Positions 62,850 to 64,000 of a DNA stretch of 64,000 bases are shown in pieces. The position numbers were made by a program, and so were the translations under genes. Under the pieces are notes generated by a model. That model was not told the origin of the DNA. It made no database searches and saw nothing but the letters and a program-made list of their open reading frames with translations. The DNA is from Epiperipatus broadwayi (taxonomy: Eukaryota; Animalia; Onychophora): contig JAQFVV010000003.1 in the NCBI GenBank assembly GCA_028023455.1, forward strand, positions 1,674,001 to 1,738,000. The letters are read 5' to 3'. How positions within the stretch are numbered: position 1 is the stretch's first letter; the number at the start of each line of letters is the position of its first letter.

Positions 62850-63935
62850 CAAATTTGTAATCTTTCTGAGGACTAACATGGTTTAAAGAATATTATTTTT
62901 CTTATTAATAACCATATTCATTTGTTCATATCTATCTTTCAGATCATCTAGATCTTTGTCCAAGTTTTCTTAAAAAAAAAAATAATCAAAAGTGCCTTTT
63001 AATTTCCAGTTTGTTGAACTCTGTGAAGAAGTTTGCTTTGATTTACAAGATTTTTATATAACGTTTTGGTATAATTCAATTGCTTTTGAATAATTTTGGG
63101 ATAAGTATCTAAAGATTTTGCTATGAACTCCTTAGATTCTGCCTCTATATCCTTTACGTAAATACTAACTTGATCATAAGCACTAACATAACTCTTAATT
63201 TTATCAATAACAGTTGCTATTTTATCAGATAATCTATTACCTTTCATTTGACTATCTTGATAAACATCATCGACTTGAGTAAGTCTTTGTTTTACTTCAC
63301 TTGTTCTATGTTCAATTAAAAACAATACTTTGGGCAATTTTGAATGGTATTCATTCAAATTTTCTAAATAATTCTTTAAAAATTGCAAATCAGATTGATG
63401 TGATACAACTTCAACATTAAAAAATTTTTGAAAATCATTTTGTTTTACAACATTAATATTATCCTGTTCTATATTAATTCTTTTCAGTTTGACTTTAGGT
63501 TTACTTAAATCTCTTTCCTTAGCTATATTTTCTCAAAGAAAATCTTTACTAATCACATCATCACTTCTTATTTTAAGTTTAATTTTAGCTTTGCCAATTT
63601 TTTTTCCCTCATCAATCATCCTTCTACCAAGATTCAAATCAAATATTTTTTTACTCATTCTTTTAAATTTTACCTTTGCTTTCCGTACATCTCTTTCCTT
63701 GTCAATCTTCTCTCTAAAAAAATCAATATTATTTATCATTCCATCTATAACTTTAAGTCTAACTTTGGCTCTTCCAATATCTTTTATAAAGTTTATACTT
63801 TCTTTAAGAAAATTTCTTTTAAACTTCTCTCTACTCAACTCTTTGAATTTTACTTTAATTTTCTTCATATTTTTATTTTTAAATTTTACTTTGGTTTTAC
63901 ATACTTTCATCCTTCTATTACAATTTTCATAAATT
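62850..63935 (-). pseudogene. Pseudogenised exon: lysine-rich 30-aa repeat fused in frame to spectraplakin-like (Shot/MACF1/dystonin) spectrin repeats
   Basis: Acceptor TTTTTACTTATAG before 63935. ORFs 63533-63910 and 62999-63388 are one frame separated only by TGA at 63533-63535 and 48 open codons. EVVSHQSDLQFL...GNRLSDK...PKIIQKQL...QSKLL resembles arthropod spectraplakin repeats from memory. Further stops at 62999 and 62883 plus a frameshift. Confidence 0.6.
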
Positions 63936-64000
63936 CTATAAGTAAAAATTGTTAATATAAGATTTATATTAAAATATTAATTAAACTATTAGCTAATCAT

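Noticed and set aside
63533-63535. Programmed readthrough or selenocysteine at the in-frame TGA
   Set aside because: The context TGA-GAA is not the leaky TGA-CTA type, no SECIS was seen, the position aligns with Arg in the sister repeat, and more stops follow.
63489-63932. 147-aa hydrophobic plus-strand ORF resembling a membrane protein
   Set aside because: It is the antisense shadow of the lysine-rich repeat frame.

Overview
A very AT-rich (roughly a quarter GC by eye), CpG-depleted metazoan window, probably arthropod, made almost entirely of decayed transposable elements and simple repeats. No intact protein-coding gene or genuine tRNA gene is visible. Host-like coding sequence is limited to a pseudogenised spectraplakin-like spectrin-repeat fragment fused in frame to a lysine-rich 30-aa repeat (62.9-63.9 kb, minus) and one orphan exon candidate (7.3 kb). 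TE content: RTE-type LINEs, two Gypsy remnants (one in a three-level nest at 13-24 kb), a tRNA-Gly-derived SINE family, about 2.1 kb TG...CA elements in (TA)n with covarying hairpins, and several Penelope-like element (PLE) families forming fold-backs. The most striking system is a PLE terminal-repeat module that joins the GIY-YIG C-terminus, a tRNA-like unit with Pol III A/B boxes and a minimal type I hammerhead ribozyme. It occurs at four loci, mostly as inverted dimers; one is flanked by a 12-bp target-site duplication and has an arm starting at the tRNA 5' end. All family assignments come from motif recognition by eye and need database confirmation; most TE boundaries are approximate.
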